Shown: in pieces, positions 17,944-26,050 of the stretch
Position numbering within the stretch: position 1 is the first letter of the stretch
How the letters are laid out: every line of letters begins with the position of its first letter
Source: a virus
Taxonomy: Duplodnaviria > Caudoviricetes
Length of the DNA stretch: 35,590 bases
IMG/VR virus record: IMGVR_UViG_3300037781_000163
Location: 1 to 35,590 of that record
Reading direction: 5' to 3' (one strand)
Notes under the pieces: model-generated
Database searches by the model: none
The model's input: the letters and a program-made list of their open reading frames with translations, nothing else
What the model was told of the DNA's origin: nothing
Position numbers and translations under genes: made by a program

Positions 17944-19895
17944 GACGCGTCGATACCCTTGTTGAGGTCGGAGAGCTTGCGGCTCGCTTTCGAGGCGCCG
18001 CGCGTCCGGGTTCGGGCGAACGGCGAGGCCGTCAGCATATCGAGCTGCGCCTGCTCGACCGGGCAGTCACGCTCCTCGGCTGCGGCAGACCAGCGGTCGG
18101 CCGTCCAGCGGTCGAGGCCGAGATGTGAAGCCATCGCCATCGCATAGACCCGGCAATCGTGGAAATGGTTGTCGACGCCCTTCTGGCAGCGCCACTCGGA
18201 GCGCATGCCGGTCTTGGTTTCGGAGGTGTGGACATACTCCGCCGTCAGCTGCTCGAAGAACCGGCGGTCGTGATCGGCGGAAAAGGCGCAATAGCCCGGC
18301 GGGTCGGCTTCCTCGCCGGCGCGCTGCCCCGACTTGCGGAGATTCGCGTACATCGTCGACTTGAGCGACCAGGTGCCGACCGGCCAGAGCTGGCAGCCCT
18401 TGCGGACCTTGCGGCCGCGCACGTCGACATCGACCAGGCTCGGCACGCCGATCGGCGGCGCCGACCATCCGGAGACGCCCTTGAGCGCGAAGGCGCGTGG
18501 CCGGGCGCGGCAGAAGGCGTAGACCAGGTGGCTCTGATAGCCCGAATCGACGCCCAGCGCGTCGAGCCCGATCTCGCGGCCATGCGCATTCGGCCAGGTC
18601 CGGCCGTGCAGCTCGTCGAGCTTGCGCCAGATCTCCGAATCCGGGTCGGAGGTGTCGCCGTCGAGGAAACCGAAATCGATCGACCAGGAGCGCATGCCGA
18701 CGCCCCAGGCGACAACCTCGTAATAGACGCCGGTCTTCTGCACGTCGACGCCGGCGGTCAGCATCAGCGCGCCGGCGGGCAACAGGCCCTTGCGGAGCTT
18801 CTCCCGGCGCAACAGCAGCTCTTTCCAGGGCGGCGCCTCACCGCGCTCCTCCCATGCCTCGCCGAGCCAGAGGTTGACGAACGCCTTGTAGCGCAACGGG
18901 TCGTCCTTCGACTTCACGAATTCGTCGGCGATGTCCTCCCAGGTGACCAGCAGCGAGGAGAGCGCGTCGAGGTGGTAGCTGTGATGGCCGGGCGCCGCCG
19001 CCGGGTTCGTCGCGATCCAGCGGCCGGCGCGGATCATCGAGACGGCCTCGGACTGATCGATCTGGCAGCCCTTGGCCTCGCACTTGTAGGCGGCCGCGTG
19101 CGGCTTCGTCTTCACGAACTTCAGGTTCTTGAAGCGGAGCACCTGCATCGCACCGCAATGCGGGCAGGGAACGTGCCAGAACCGCTGGTCGCCTTCCTCG
19201 AACTCGGCGTCGATGCGGGAGACGCCCTTGATTGTCGGCGTCGATGCCTGGAACTTCTTGAACTCGCCGGACCGGCGGAAGCTGATCTGCCGGGCGTCGA
19301 CCATCGCCATCGGGTCGCCCTGGCCTTCCAGGTCGAGCGGCCAGCGGTCGATCTCGTCGGCGAAGACGTACTTGCCGGTCTGCGAGGCGAGGTCCGGCGC
19401 CGAGTTGGCGCCGAGCAGCTCGATCGAGCCGCCGGCGAAGCGCTTCGACCTGGTCGTCGATCCGGTCGCCGAGCGGCTGGTCTGCTCGCGGATCTTCGCG
19501 CGGAGCGACGGCGAGCGTTCGATCGCCGGCTGCAGCTTGTCGGCGTTGAAGCGGGCGACCGTGTCGCGGGTCGGGAAAACGGTCAGCGTCTGCGCCGGCG
19601 CCTTGGCCGCGATGAAGCCAAGCCAGGCGATGCCGATGGTCGTCGCGCCCAGCTGACCGCTCTTCCGGAGCGAGATCTTGGTACATGGATCGGCCGGGCC
19701 AAGCCGGTCGATGATCTCGACCAGCTGCGGCGTCTGGTCCGGGTTCCAGAGCTTGCCGGCGAACGGCCCATCGGGAACGAAGAGGTTCTCAGCTGCCCAG
19801 GCGGAGGGCTTCATCACCGGGTCGGGGGCGATGCCGAGCGCGAGCGCGCCGAGCACGATCGAAAGCGCGCGGATGCGGGTCGTCCGGTCAGTCAT
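17940..19895 (-). CDS. Terminase large subunit (lambda GpA family)
   Basis: KSGQLG.T, DEIDRW, STPT, VPCPHCG, FVN..LGE.W, GVDVQ, NH.HDC.VYA motifs. Confidence 0.96.
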   Translation of the reverse strand: MTDRTTRIRALSIVLGALALGIAPDPVMKPSAWAAENLFVPDGPFAGKLWNPDQTPQLVEIIDRLGPADPCTKISLRKSGQLGATTIGIAWLGFIAAKAPAQTLTVFPTRDTVARFNADKLQPAIERSPSLRAKIREQTSRSATGSTTRSKRFAGGSIELLGANSAPDLASQTGKYVFADEIDRWPLDLEGQGDPMAMVDARQISFRRSGEFKKFQASTPTIKGVSRIDAEFEEGDQRFWHVPCPHCGAMQVLRFKNLKFVKTKPHAAAYKCEAKGCQIDQSEAVSMIRAGRWIATNPAAAPGHHSYHLDALSSLLVTWEDIADEFVKSKDDPLRYKAFVNLWLGEAWEERGEAPPWKELLLRREKLRKGLLPAGALMLTAGVDVQKTGVYYEVVAWGVGMRSWSIDFGFLDGDTSDPDSEIWRKLDELHGRTWPNAHGREIGLDALGVDSGYQSHLVYAFCRARPRAFALKGVSGWSAPPIGVPSLVDVDVRGRKVRKGCQLWPVGTWSLKSTMYANLRKSGQRAGEEADPPGYCAFSADHDRRFFEQLTAEYVHTSETKTGMRSEWRCQKGVDNHFHDCRVYAMAMASHLGLDRWTADRWSAAAEERDCPVEQAQLDMLTASPFARTRTRGASKASRKLSDLNKGIDAS

Positions 19896-20568
19896 CGTCG
19901 TCGAACTCCTGGTCGTCGGTTGTGGCAGCGGTCTCGGGCGTAACGGTCAGATCCGCGGCGATTCCCTCGCGCAGGCTGCGGGCGATTTTCTTGAGCTCTG
20001 CCCGGACCAGCCGGGCACCGTCTTCCTTCCGGGCAAGCTCGACCAGGTCATCGGCCTCGCTCACCAGCTGGTCGATCCGCTCGGCGAACTTCCGGGCACC
20101 GGTCACCAGCGCCTCGGTCACGGCCTCAACCGAGATCAGGAGGCCGGCCTCCTGCATGTTCCGGCGCTCGGCCATCTCGGCCTGCGCCAGCTCGCGGCGG
20201 ATCTTCGCGGCGCGGAGCGTCTGGTCCTCCGGCGTATCCGGCTGACCACCGCCGGCCGACGTTCCCGTCCGGTCGCCGCCGCGCGTATCCCTGTTCGCGT
20301 TCCACTGCTCGGCCGCGGTCTCATAGTGCAGCCGCTTGCCGCGAAGCGCCGGACCGGAGAGCCGACCGGCCGAGACCGCCCGGGTCACCTGCGACCGGTT
20401 CACACCCATCGCCTCGGCGAACGCCGCCCGCGTGCAGGTGCCGTCATCGTCGATCTGAATCCCCTCCGGCGCCGCCGAGCGGCCGCGGGGCGTCGTTGCG
20501 CCTTCGGTTGCGCTCAGGAGATCCATGACTGTTGCTGGTTTTCCGACCGGCTGTTGCGTTTGTTGCAT
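19888..20568 (-). CDS. Terminase small subunit (Nu1-like); start may be ATG 20527
   Basis: wHTH (TRAAFAEAMGVNRSQVTRAV..GRL) and coiled coil with AGLLISVE; lies just downstream of cos. Confidence 0.85.
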   Translation of the reverse strand: MQQTQQPVGKPATVMDLLSATEGATTPRGRSAAPEGIQIDDDGTCTRAAFAEAMGVNRSQVTRAVSAGRLSGPALRGKRLHYETAAEQWNANRDTRGGDRTGTSAGGGQPDTPEDQTLRAAKIRRELAQAEMAERRNMQEAGLLISVEAVTEALVTGARKFAERIDQLVSEADDLVELARKEDGARLVRAELKKIARSLREGIAADLTVTPETAATTDDQEFDDDD

Positions 20569-20618
20569 CGGCCCGTTGCCTGTTGCCCAAACTTCGCAAC
20601 AGCCTCACTGCCGAAAAA

Positions 20619-20664
20619 TCGCGGTGCGCATTACCCGTAAGTGATACCCCTTGGGGAAGGACCC
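20619..20664 (-). other. Lambda-like cos site: cosQ (20658-20664) and cosN (20619-20640)
   Basis: Minus strand GGGTCCT-N17-TTACG GGTAATGCGCAC CGCGA, matching lambda cosQ GGGTCCT and cosN TTACG GGGCGGCGACCT CGCGG. Confidence 0.85.
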
Positions 20665-20774
20665 GTGCGGCGCAGGGAAGCGAGAGGCGGCCGACGGTTG
20701 ACCCGGCGACCGCCCGTCGCTCGGTGAGCGGTTACATGACGCTGCCTTTCGGGTCCGACCAGGTTGTCGCAATG

Positions 20775-20807
20775 AAAAACCCGCCCACCTGGGAGGTGAG
20801 CGGGTTT
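20775..20807 (-). terminator. tR'-like intrinsic terminator
   Basis: AAACCCGCTCACCT-CCC-AGGTGGGCGGGTTTTT on the minus strand. Confidence 0.8.
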
Positions 20808-20835
20808 GGTTCACAAGTCTCGCGACTCTGCCGGA

Positions 20836-20865
20836 ACGGTACGTTTACTTGCCCCCGTTTGTCAA
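20836..20865 (-). promoter_or_regulatory. PR'-like late promoter
   Basis: TTGACA (20865-20860) - N18 - TACCGT (20841-20836), just upstream of the terminator. Confidence 0.65.
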
Positions 20866-20868
20866 TAC

Positions 20869-21618
20869 CTACCCCCGGGTCGCTTTTTCGCCGCCATATC
20901 TGGTATCCGGCTTTTCCTGGACGGCGCGGCAACTCGGCGGGAGACGGCCGTCCGGGAAATCTCCGGCATAGGCCGCGATTGCCCAGCGCACATCGGCCAT
21001 CACGGTCCCCTTGCGGACACCGAGCTTCCGGTCCAGCACGCCAACCCCGACATGCTTGCGCAGCACCTGGTCGAGGACATACCCGAGATTGCGGGGATCG
21101 GCGCCGGGATCGAGATAATCGCGTCCGCCCTCGCCACCGACCCGATGACGGCAATGCTCCTGCAGGAACCTGCGAAGCCGCGCGCCGTCCGCGGTTCGAC
21201 CGCCGAGCACCCGTTCATGCGCCATCGCAGCACCGCCCGGCCCGCCATCGACCCGGACCTTGGCGGGATCAACCGCAGTGCAGCCGATGCCGACCTCGAG
21301 ATCATCCCAGTCGTCGAGCATGGTTTCCAGCGCGCGCCGGTGCCCGTCGGAAAGCCGCGAATTCTTCGCGAGCAAGCAGTGTACCGGCGTCGGACCACGG
21401 CGCACGCCGGCACGGTCCTCGGCAAATACACCGCCCAACACCTCGCGCGCCATCATCTCGAGCGGCGCCAGCGGATGGCTGGAAACGGCGCGCGCCGAGA
21501 CCCGCACGAAAGCGGCCAGGACGTCGCGGCCGTCGGCTGTCCCCGCGCAATGCCGCGCGATATCCCGGAAGGCGGAATGCAGGGCCCGTTCGCGGCCCTT
21601 GAGTTTCTGCTGCATCAT
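20869..21618 (-). CDS. Putative late-gene regulator/antiterminator (Q position)
   Basis: AAAGGA RBS; last early gene before the promoter-terminator pair; C-terminal HTH-like segment (VGVLDRKLGVRKGTV). Confidence 0.6.
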   Translation of the reverse strand: MMQQKLKGRERALHSAFRDIARHCAGTADGRDVLAAFVRVSARAVSSHPLAPLEMMAREVLGGVFAEDRAGVRRGPTPVHCLLAKNSRLSDGHRRALETMLDDWDDLEVGIGCTAVDPAKVRVDGGPGGAAMAHERVLGGRTADGARLRRFLQEHCRHRVGGEGGRDYLDPGADPRNLGYVLDQVLRKHVGVGVLDRKLGVRKGTVMADVRWAIAAYAGDFPDGRLPPSCRAVQEKPDTRYGGEKATRG

Positions 21619-21640
21619 CGATCGGTCCTTTCTCGTGACC

Positions 21641-21907
21641 GGTAACGGGCGTTACCCCTGCGTTACCGGTTCTGTTACCTCTTAACTCTCTGTTTTGATT
21701 GGATAATAGATAGAGAGGTAACGGGGTAACGGGTTCTGGATAGAGTCGTCGTGTGAGTCTGGCGCCGGGGAAATCGCGTGCTTCACGCGAGTCTGTTCTG
21801 AAATCCGTTACCCCGTTACCTGTCAGGCCGAAAGCCGCGGAAAACCGCCGAGTCGAAGGGGTAACAAGGGGGGTAACAGGGGGGTAACAGACGCCGCATT
21901 CCGTTAC
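21641..21907. repeat. Putative replication origin with about 12 GTAAC/GTTAC iterons and an AT-rich patch
   Basis: GGTAAC/GTTACC copies in both orientations (e.g. GGGGTAACA three times at 21858-21889); AT-rich 21680-21712; directly downstream of the helicase. Confidence 0.75.
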
Positions 21908-23715
21908 CTCTCCTCGTCCGGATCGGACCAGCAATGGTGGAGCGGGACCGATACCACCCGCGACGTGTAGCCCACGAACTTCTTCGGGCCCGGCTTCTCC
22001 ACGCCCGGGAAAGCCTCGAACTGCTGCTTCCAGGCCTGGTCCTTCCAGCGCGTTCCGGCGAAGATATCCTTGATCGAGGCATGGTCCGTCGCGATCCAGA
22101 CCGACGTCGGCATGCGCGTCTCGGTCGGCATCGGCTCAAGACGAACGCCGTTCGCCCTGAGCAGCTTGTCCCAGTAGACGTAGTCGCCCTGCCGCGAGAG
22201 CGCATAGCCGATCAGCTTGACGATCGAGAGCTGCTCGCCCGACCTCCAATGCTGCAGCGACTTCGTCAGGAAATGGTCCATGCACTGCTCGTGCTCGCGC
22301 CGGGTCTCGTCCGGGAAATGCATCAGGAGCTCGGCGACCAGCTCCTCGAGACTGTCGAGGTCGATCTCGCTGTCGCAGACGAATACCTCGCGCGCGGCGA
22401 TCAGCGTGCCGTACTGCTCCGCGAACCGCCGCGTCTGGTTCTGGCTCGCGAGATACTCGATCACCCGCGCACTTTCCTCGCGGAACCGCCGCCAGCTGTT
22501 GGCGATGCGTGCGCGGAGCGCCGGACCGCGCTTCGCCCACTGCGCCAGCGCCTCCTCGATCGAGGTCGGGAAGGTCGCCGCCGGCACGCCCTTCAGGTGC
22601 AGGAAGGCAATGCGCGACATATCCTGCGGCAACGGCTCCGGCCGGTTGGTGCCGGCGAGGATGAAGCAGGATCGCAACCGGTAGGTCGCGACATCCCACG
22701 GCCCGCCCATGCCGGCGCGCACCCGGGGAGCCTGCTTGTCCGACGACGCCAGGCGTACCGTCTCGACGACGGAATTCCAGCGGTTGTTGTTCTCGTCCGG
22801 CTCGACCTCGTCGAGCAGGAAGGCGCCCGACGTCAGGCCGGTCATGCGGGCGATCGCTGGGCCGGTCGGGTCGGAGCCGGAGAGCAGCCCCTTGCTGCCG
22901 ATCAGGGCGCAGGCCGCCTGCATCAGCGTCGTCTTGCCGCCGCCATAGGCCCCGCCGACATGGATATGCGGCCGCCAGGCCAGCGCGCCGGAGAGCCAGG
23001 CACAGACGCACCAGCCGGTGAACAGCCGGGCGTGGTAATCGCTCTTCCAGCCCCAGCGCTCGCGGATGAAGCTGTCGAAGGCGAGCGCCTCCTCTGCCGC
23101 GGCAGGACGAACGAAATCAGGCTCGGGGCGCGGGGGCTGGCCGAGATAGACGTGGTCCCCGATCCGGATGCCGCTGGCGCGCGGTTCTCCGCGATGCCAG
23201 ACACGGTCGCCGCAATGCACGACCAGCTCGCCGGCGTCGTCGCGCCAGACGCCGCAGCCGCGCAGCACATCGTCGCCGGGATCGAACATGGCCAGGCGCT
23301 CGGTTTCGCGGAATAGCCACCAGGTGACAGGCTCCCACCGCCAGCCCACTGTCGTGGTGACCTCGTTGCCTTGCGAATCCTTCGACGTTTTGGTTTTCGG
23401 GAATTCGCGGTACAGCCACCACTCACAGCCCCTGAACAGGCCGCGGATGGCGGCGGTGTTCAAGGATTTCGCGGGGATCGCCTCGAGCTCGCCCCGCGGC
23501 GTCAGGAAATAGCAAACCCCCAGATATGAGCCGAGCACGGTCACCGGGCAGCTTTCGCGGCGCGCATCGTCGTCGCCCGCATCGAGGCCGTCCTGCTCGT
23601 CCGGTTCGTCCATATCGTCCGCCGGGACCGCCGGCGAAGGCGTCGGTGCGACGATGTCCGGGTCGACCTCGCCGGCGCCGGGCACCGGACTCATGTTGTC
23701 GGAATCGCTGCTCAT
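21904..23715 (-). CDS. Phage replication P-loop ATPase/helicase
   Basis: Walker A GAYGGGKT, Walker B FLLDEVE, GAL.WRPH motif; GGGAGG RBS; next to the iterons. Confidence 0.8.
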   Translation of the reverse strand: MSSDSDNMSPVPGAGEVDPDIVAPTPSPAVPADDMDEPDEQDGLDAGDDDARRESCPVTVLGSYLGVCYFLTPRGELEAIPAKSLNTAAIRGLFRGCEWWLYREFPKTKTSKDSQGNEVTTTVGWRWEPVTWWLFRETERLAMFDPGDDVLRGCGVWRDDAGELVVHCGDRVWHRGEPRASGIRIGDHVYLGQPPRPEPDFVRPAAAEEALAFDSFIRERWGWKSDYHARLFTGWCVCAWLSGALAWRPHIHVGGAYGGGKTTLMQAACALIGSKGLLSGSDPTGPAIARMTGLTSGAFLLDEVEPDENNNRWNSVVETVRLASSDKQAPRVRAGMGGPWDVATYRLRSCFILAGTNRPEPLPQDMSRIAFLHLKGVPAATFPTSIEEALAQWAKRGPALRARIANSWRRFREESARVIEYLASQNQTRRFAEQYGTLIAAREVFVCDSEIDLDSLEELVAELLMHFPDETRREHEQCMDHFLTKSLQHWRSGEQLSIVKLIGYALSRQGDYVYWDKLLRANGVRLEPMPTETRMPTSVWIATDHASIKDIFAGTRWKDQAWKQQFEAFPGVEKPGPKKFVGYTSRVVSVPLHHCWSDPDEER

Positions 23716-23759
23716 ATCCTCCCCTCGCGGATCGCGCGGAAGGCGTGTAGCATCCGCCG

Positions 23760-24887
23760 ATGATCAGGTTTCTTGTTGTGCTTCTGGTTTTGCTCGCGCC
23801 AGCGTCCGCGGCCCGGGCGGATGACCCCGAACGGATCACCGGCCGGGCGGTGGCGCTCGACGGCGACACGCTCGAGATCGACGGCCGGCGCGTGCGCCTC
23901 TGGGGCATCGATGCGGCCGAGATGAAGGAAAAGCCCGCCGGACCGCTGGCCCGCGCCGCGCTCGACGACCTGGTCGCGGGCTGGACAGTCGCCTGCGAGG
24001 TACGCGACATCGACCGCTACAAGCGCGCCGCCGCGATCTGCGGCACGCCCGAGGCGGCGGACCTCTCGATCGCCATGCTGAAGGCCGGACAGGCGACCGC
24101 CTTCCGGACCTTTACCGCCGGATGGCCCGAGGCCGAATCCTACGATGACGCCGAGCGCCAGGCCCGGATGCTCCGCGCGGGGTTCTGGGGAGACGGGGGC
24201 AAGGCCGAGCGGGATTGGGCCAACTATGTCGAGATATTCTCCATCCCGGTCGGCACACTGGTCGCGCTCGGCACGATCTTCTCCGCTTTCTACCTGCAGC
24301 GTCGCCAGCAGGCCCACGAGTTGTTGCAGAGGCAGCGATCCGCCGCCGGCGCCGCGGCGCTTATGGTACAGGCCTCCTTTACCCGGTTCCTGTTCGCGCA
24401 CCGGCAGATGCTGCATGCGCTCGCCTGGTCGACCGTGGCGCCGCCGGGAGAAGACCCGTTCGTCAACGTCGATATCCCGAGGCTCGTCCCGGCCGACAAC
24501 CTCATCGACGCGCTGAAAGACGCACCGCATCCGATTGCCCTGATCACCGGGGCTTTCATCGACGCCGCGAACCTGGCCGGGGGTGACAAGATCAAACCCG
24601 CCGCCAGTGTCGAGGACCGAATCGTTATGGCGCGGAAACTGTCTGCCACGCTGGCGGACGTGACCGGACTCGGCATCCGGACCTACATGGCCGCCCTGTT
24701 CTTCGCCCGAAGCGGCCGCATGGCGGACGATCCGTTCGCCATCGACATCGAGGGTGAATTCGGGCCGATGCTGAACGACACGCCGGAGGGCGTGCTGGCC
24801 TGGTGCCGCGCACGCGGGATCGAGGGCAAGGGCATCCGGGACAGCTGGTATGACGCCTGGCTGGAATTCATGGTTTCTCACGACTGA
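23760..24887 (+). CDS. Thermonuclease (SNase) domain + TM helix + unknown C-terminal domain (antisense moron)
   Basis: Signal peptide; DGDT, RLWGIDAAE, DRYKR, A.....GFWG SNase motifs; hydrophobic IFSIPVGTLVALGTIFSAFYL followed by QRRQQ. Confidence 0.85.
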   Translation: MIRFLVVLLVLLAPASAARADDPERITGRAVALDGDTLEIDGRRVRLWGIDAAEMKEKPAGPLARAALDDLVAGWTVACEVRDIDRYKRAAAICGTPEAADLSIAMLKAGQATAFRTFTAGWPEAESYDDAERQARMLRAGFWGDGGKAERDWANYVEIFSIPVGTLVALGTIFSAFYLQRRQQAHELLQRQRSAAGAAALMVQASFTRFLFAHRQMLHALAWSTVAPPGEDPFVNVDIPRLVPADNLIDALKDAPHPIALITGAFIDAANLAGGDKIKPAASVEDRIVMARKLSATLADVTGLGIRTYMAALFFARSGRMADDPFAIDIEGEFGPMLNDTPEGVLAWCRARGIEGKGIRDSWYDAWLEFMVSHD

Positions 24888-26050
24888 TTCCCCCACACAT
24901 CCCACCCGGCCGCTGGCGCGCCGTCGGTGCGGGCGAAGAGCTCGATACGCGGAAGCCCCGGGAACATCCGGGCGATGTCGTCGCGGACGGCTTCCGGCTT
25001 CTCGCTGTGCCGGCCGCGCGGCGAGGTGTAGACGCTCGACGGCCGGAGCTCCTCCGCCGGCGCCGGAAAGTCGCCACGGGTCGCGACGAGCAGGATCTCG
25101 TGGCGCACGCGGTACCAGTAGCCCATGCCGGCCACGCCCTTGTCCCAGACGGCCGAGGCCTTGTAGGTAAATCCCCAGGCCTCGAGCACCCGGAAGGCCT
25201 CCTCGAGGTTCGGCGAGGTCGTCCAGAGGAACAGCACCGCATCGTCATGCGCGATCTCGCCGACCGGCAGCGCGCAGATCTCTTCGATCGACATCGTCGG
25301 ATAGTGATTTTCGATCGACCGCTCGGTCATGCCGGAACGGAAGCGCCAGCACGGGTCGGCATAGAGCACGGGATATCGCCGGCCCGTCTCGAAGCCGGGC
25401 GTCGGTTCCGACTTGAGCCGGATCGCCTCGAGGCGGCTGGCGCGGCGCTGCCGCTTGCCCTCACCGCGCAGATCCTTCAACGCCGCCTCGCGGATCTTCG
25501 GCGCGGCCGTGACGATCGCGCCCTGCTCGTCGGCCGGCAGCTCCGCGACCATGCGCGCCGACTTGAGCGGCATGGCGCCGGCCTCGACCGCGGCGACCAG
25601 CTCTGGCGCGCCCCGCTCGAGCACGGCGGCCGCCTGGATGACGCTGTCGCGGGACACGCTGCAGCTCTTGGCCATCGCGGCCTGCGACTTTGTCGGCGCG
25701 CCGACAAGGTCGGAGCGCTGTCCCTGCCGGGTCTCGACCAGGCGGGCAGCGACCAGCGCACGCTGCGCCTCGTTCAGGTGCCGCCGGCGGAGGTTGAGCG
25801 AGATCACGTATTCGACCGGCGTCAGCCCCGGCCGGGCCTCGACGAGGTCCGCGAACTCACCCCATTCCATCGACCGCCCGGTCTCGGCCGAGGCGCGCGC
25901 CCGGTGCCGCCCGTCGAGTATCTGCCCCTCGAGCAGCATGCCGCGCTCGCGAACGCCGTTCGCGCGGACATCCTCGACCAGCGCCCGGAAATCATCCTCG
26001 GGCATCTCCGGGAAAGCGGCAGCGAGCGGATGAACGGGAGGGAGCGTCAT
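24878..26050 (-). CDS. ParB-like N-domain fused to MT-A70 family methyltransferase
   Basis: HPLA..FP.M, ILDGRHR, NLRRRHL at the N-terminus; YADPCW, HYPTM, LFLW, WGF.YK, HSEKP, RIELFAR at the C-terminus. Confidence 0.92.
   Translation of the reverse strand: MTLPPVHPLAAAFPEMPEDDFRALVEDVRANGVRERGMLLEGQILDGRHRARASAETGRSMEWGEFADLVEARPGLTPVEYVISLNLRRRHLNEAQRALVAARLVETRQGQRSDLVGAPTKSQAAMAKSCSVSRDSVIQAAAVLERGAPELVAAVEAGAMPLKSARMVAELPADEQGAIVTAAPKIREAALKDLRGEGKRQRRASRLEAIRLKSEPTPGFETGRRYPVLYADPCWRFRSGMTERSIENHYPTMSIEEICALPVGEIAHDDAVLFLWTTSPNLEEAFRVLEAWGFTYKASAVWDKGVAGMGYWYRVRHEILLVATRGDFPAPAEELRPSSVYTSPRGRHSEKPEAVRDDIARMFPGLPRIELFARTDGAPAAGWDVWGNQS

Noticed and set aside
49-20640. Many long + strand ORFs (e.g. 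49-1158, 12626-13984, 18159-19943)
   Set aside because: Antisense shadows of recognisable minus-strand structural genes in high-GC DNA; no RBS or motifs.
20806-21645. + strand 279-aa ORF
   Set aside because: Shadow of the minus-strand gene, which has a clear RBS and fits the operon direction.
21641-21907. Possible CRISPR array
   Set aside because: Units are 5-9 bp, in both orientations, irregularly spaced; no cas genes.
21302-21934. 210-aa minus ORF with VTP/GN repeats
   Set aside because: Translation of the iteron array; overlaps the late regulator in another frame.
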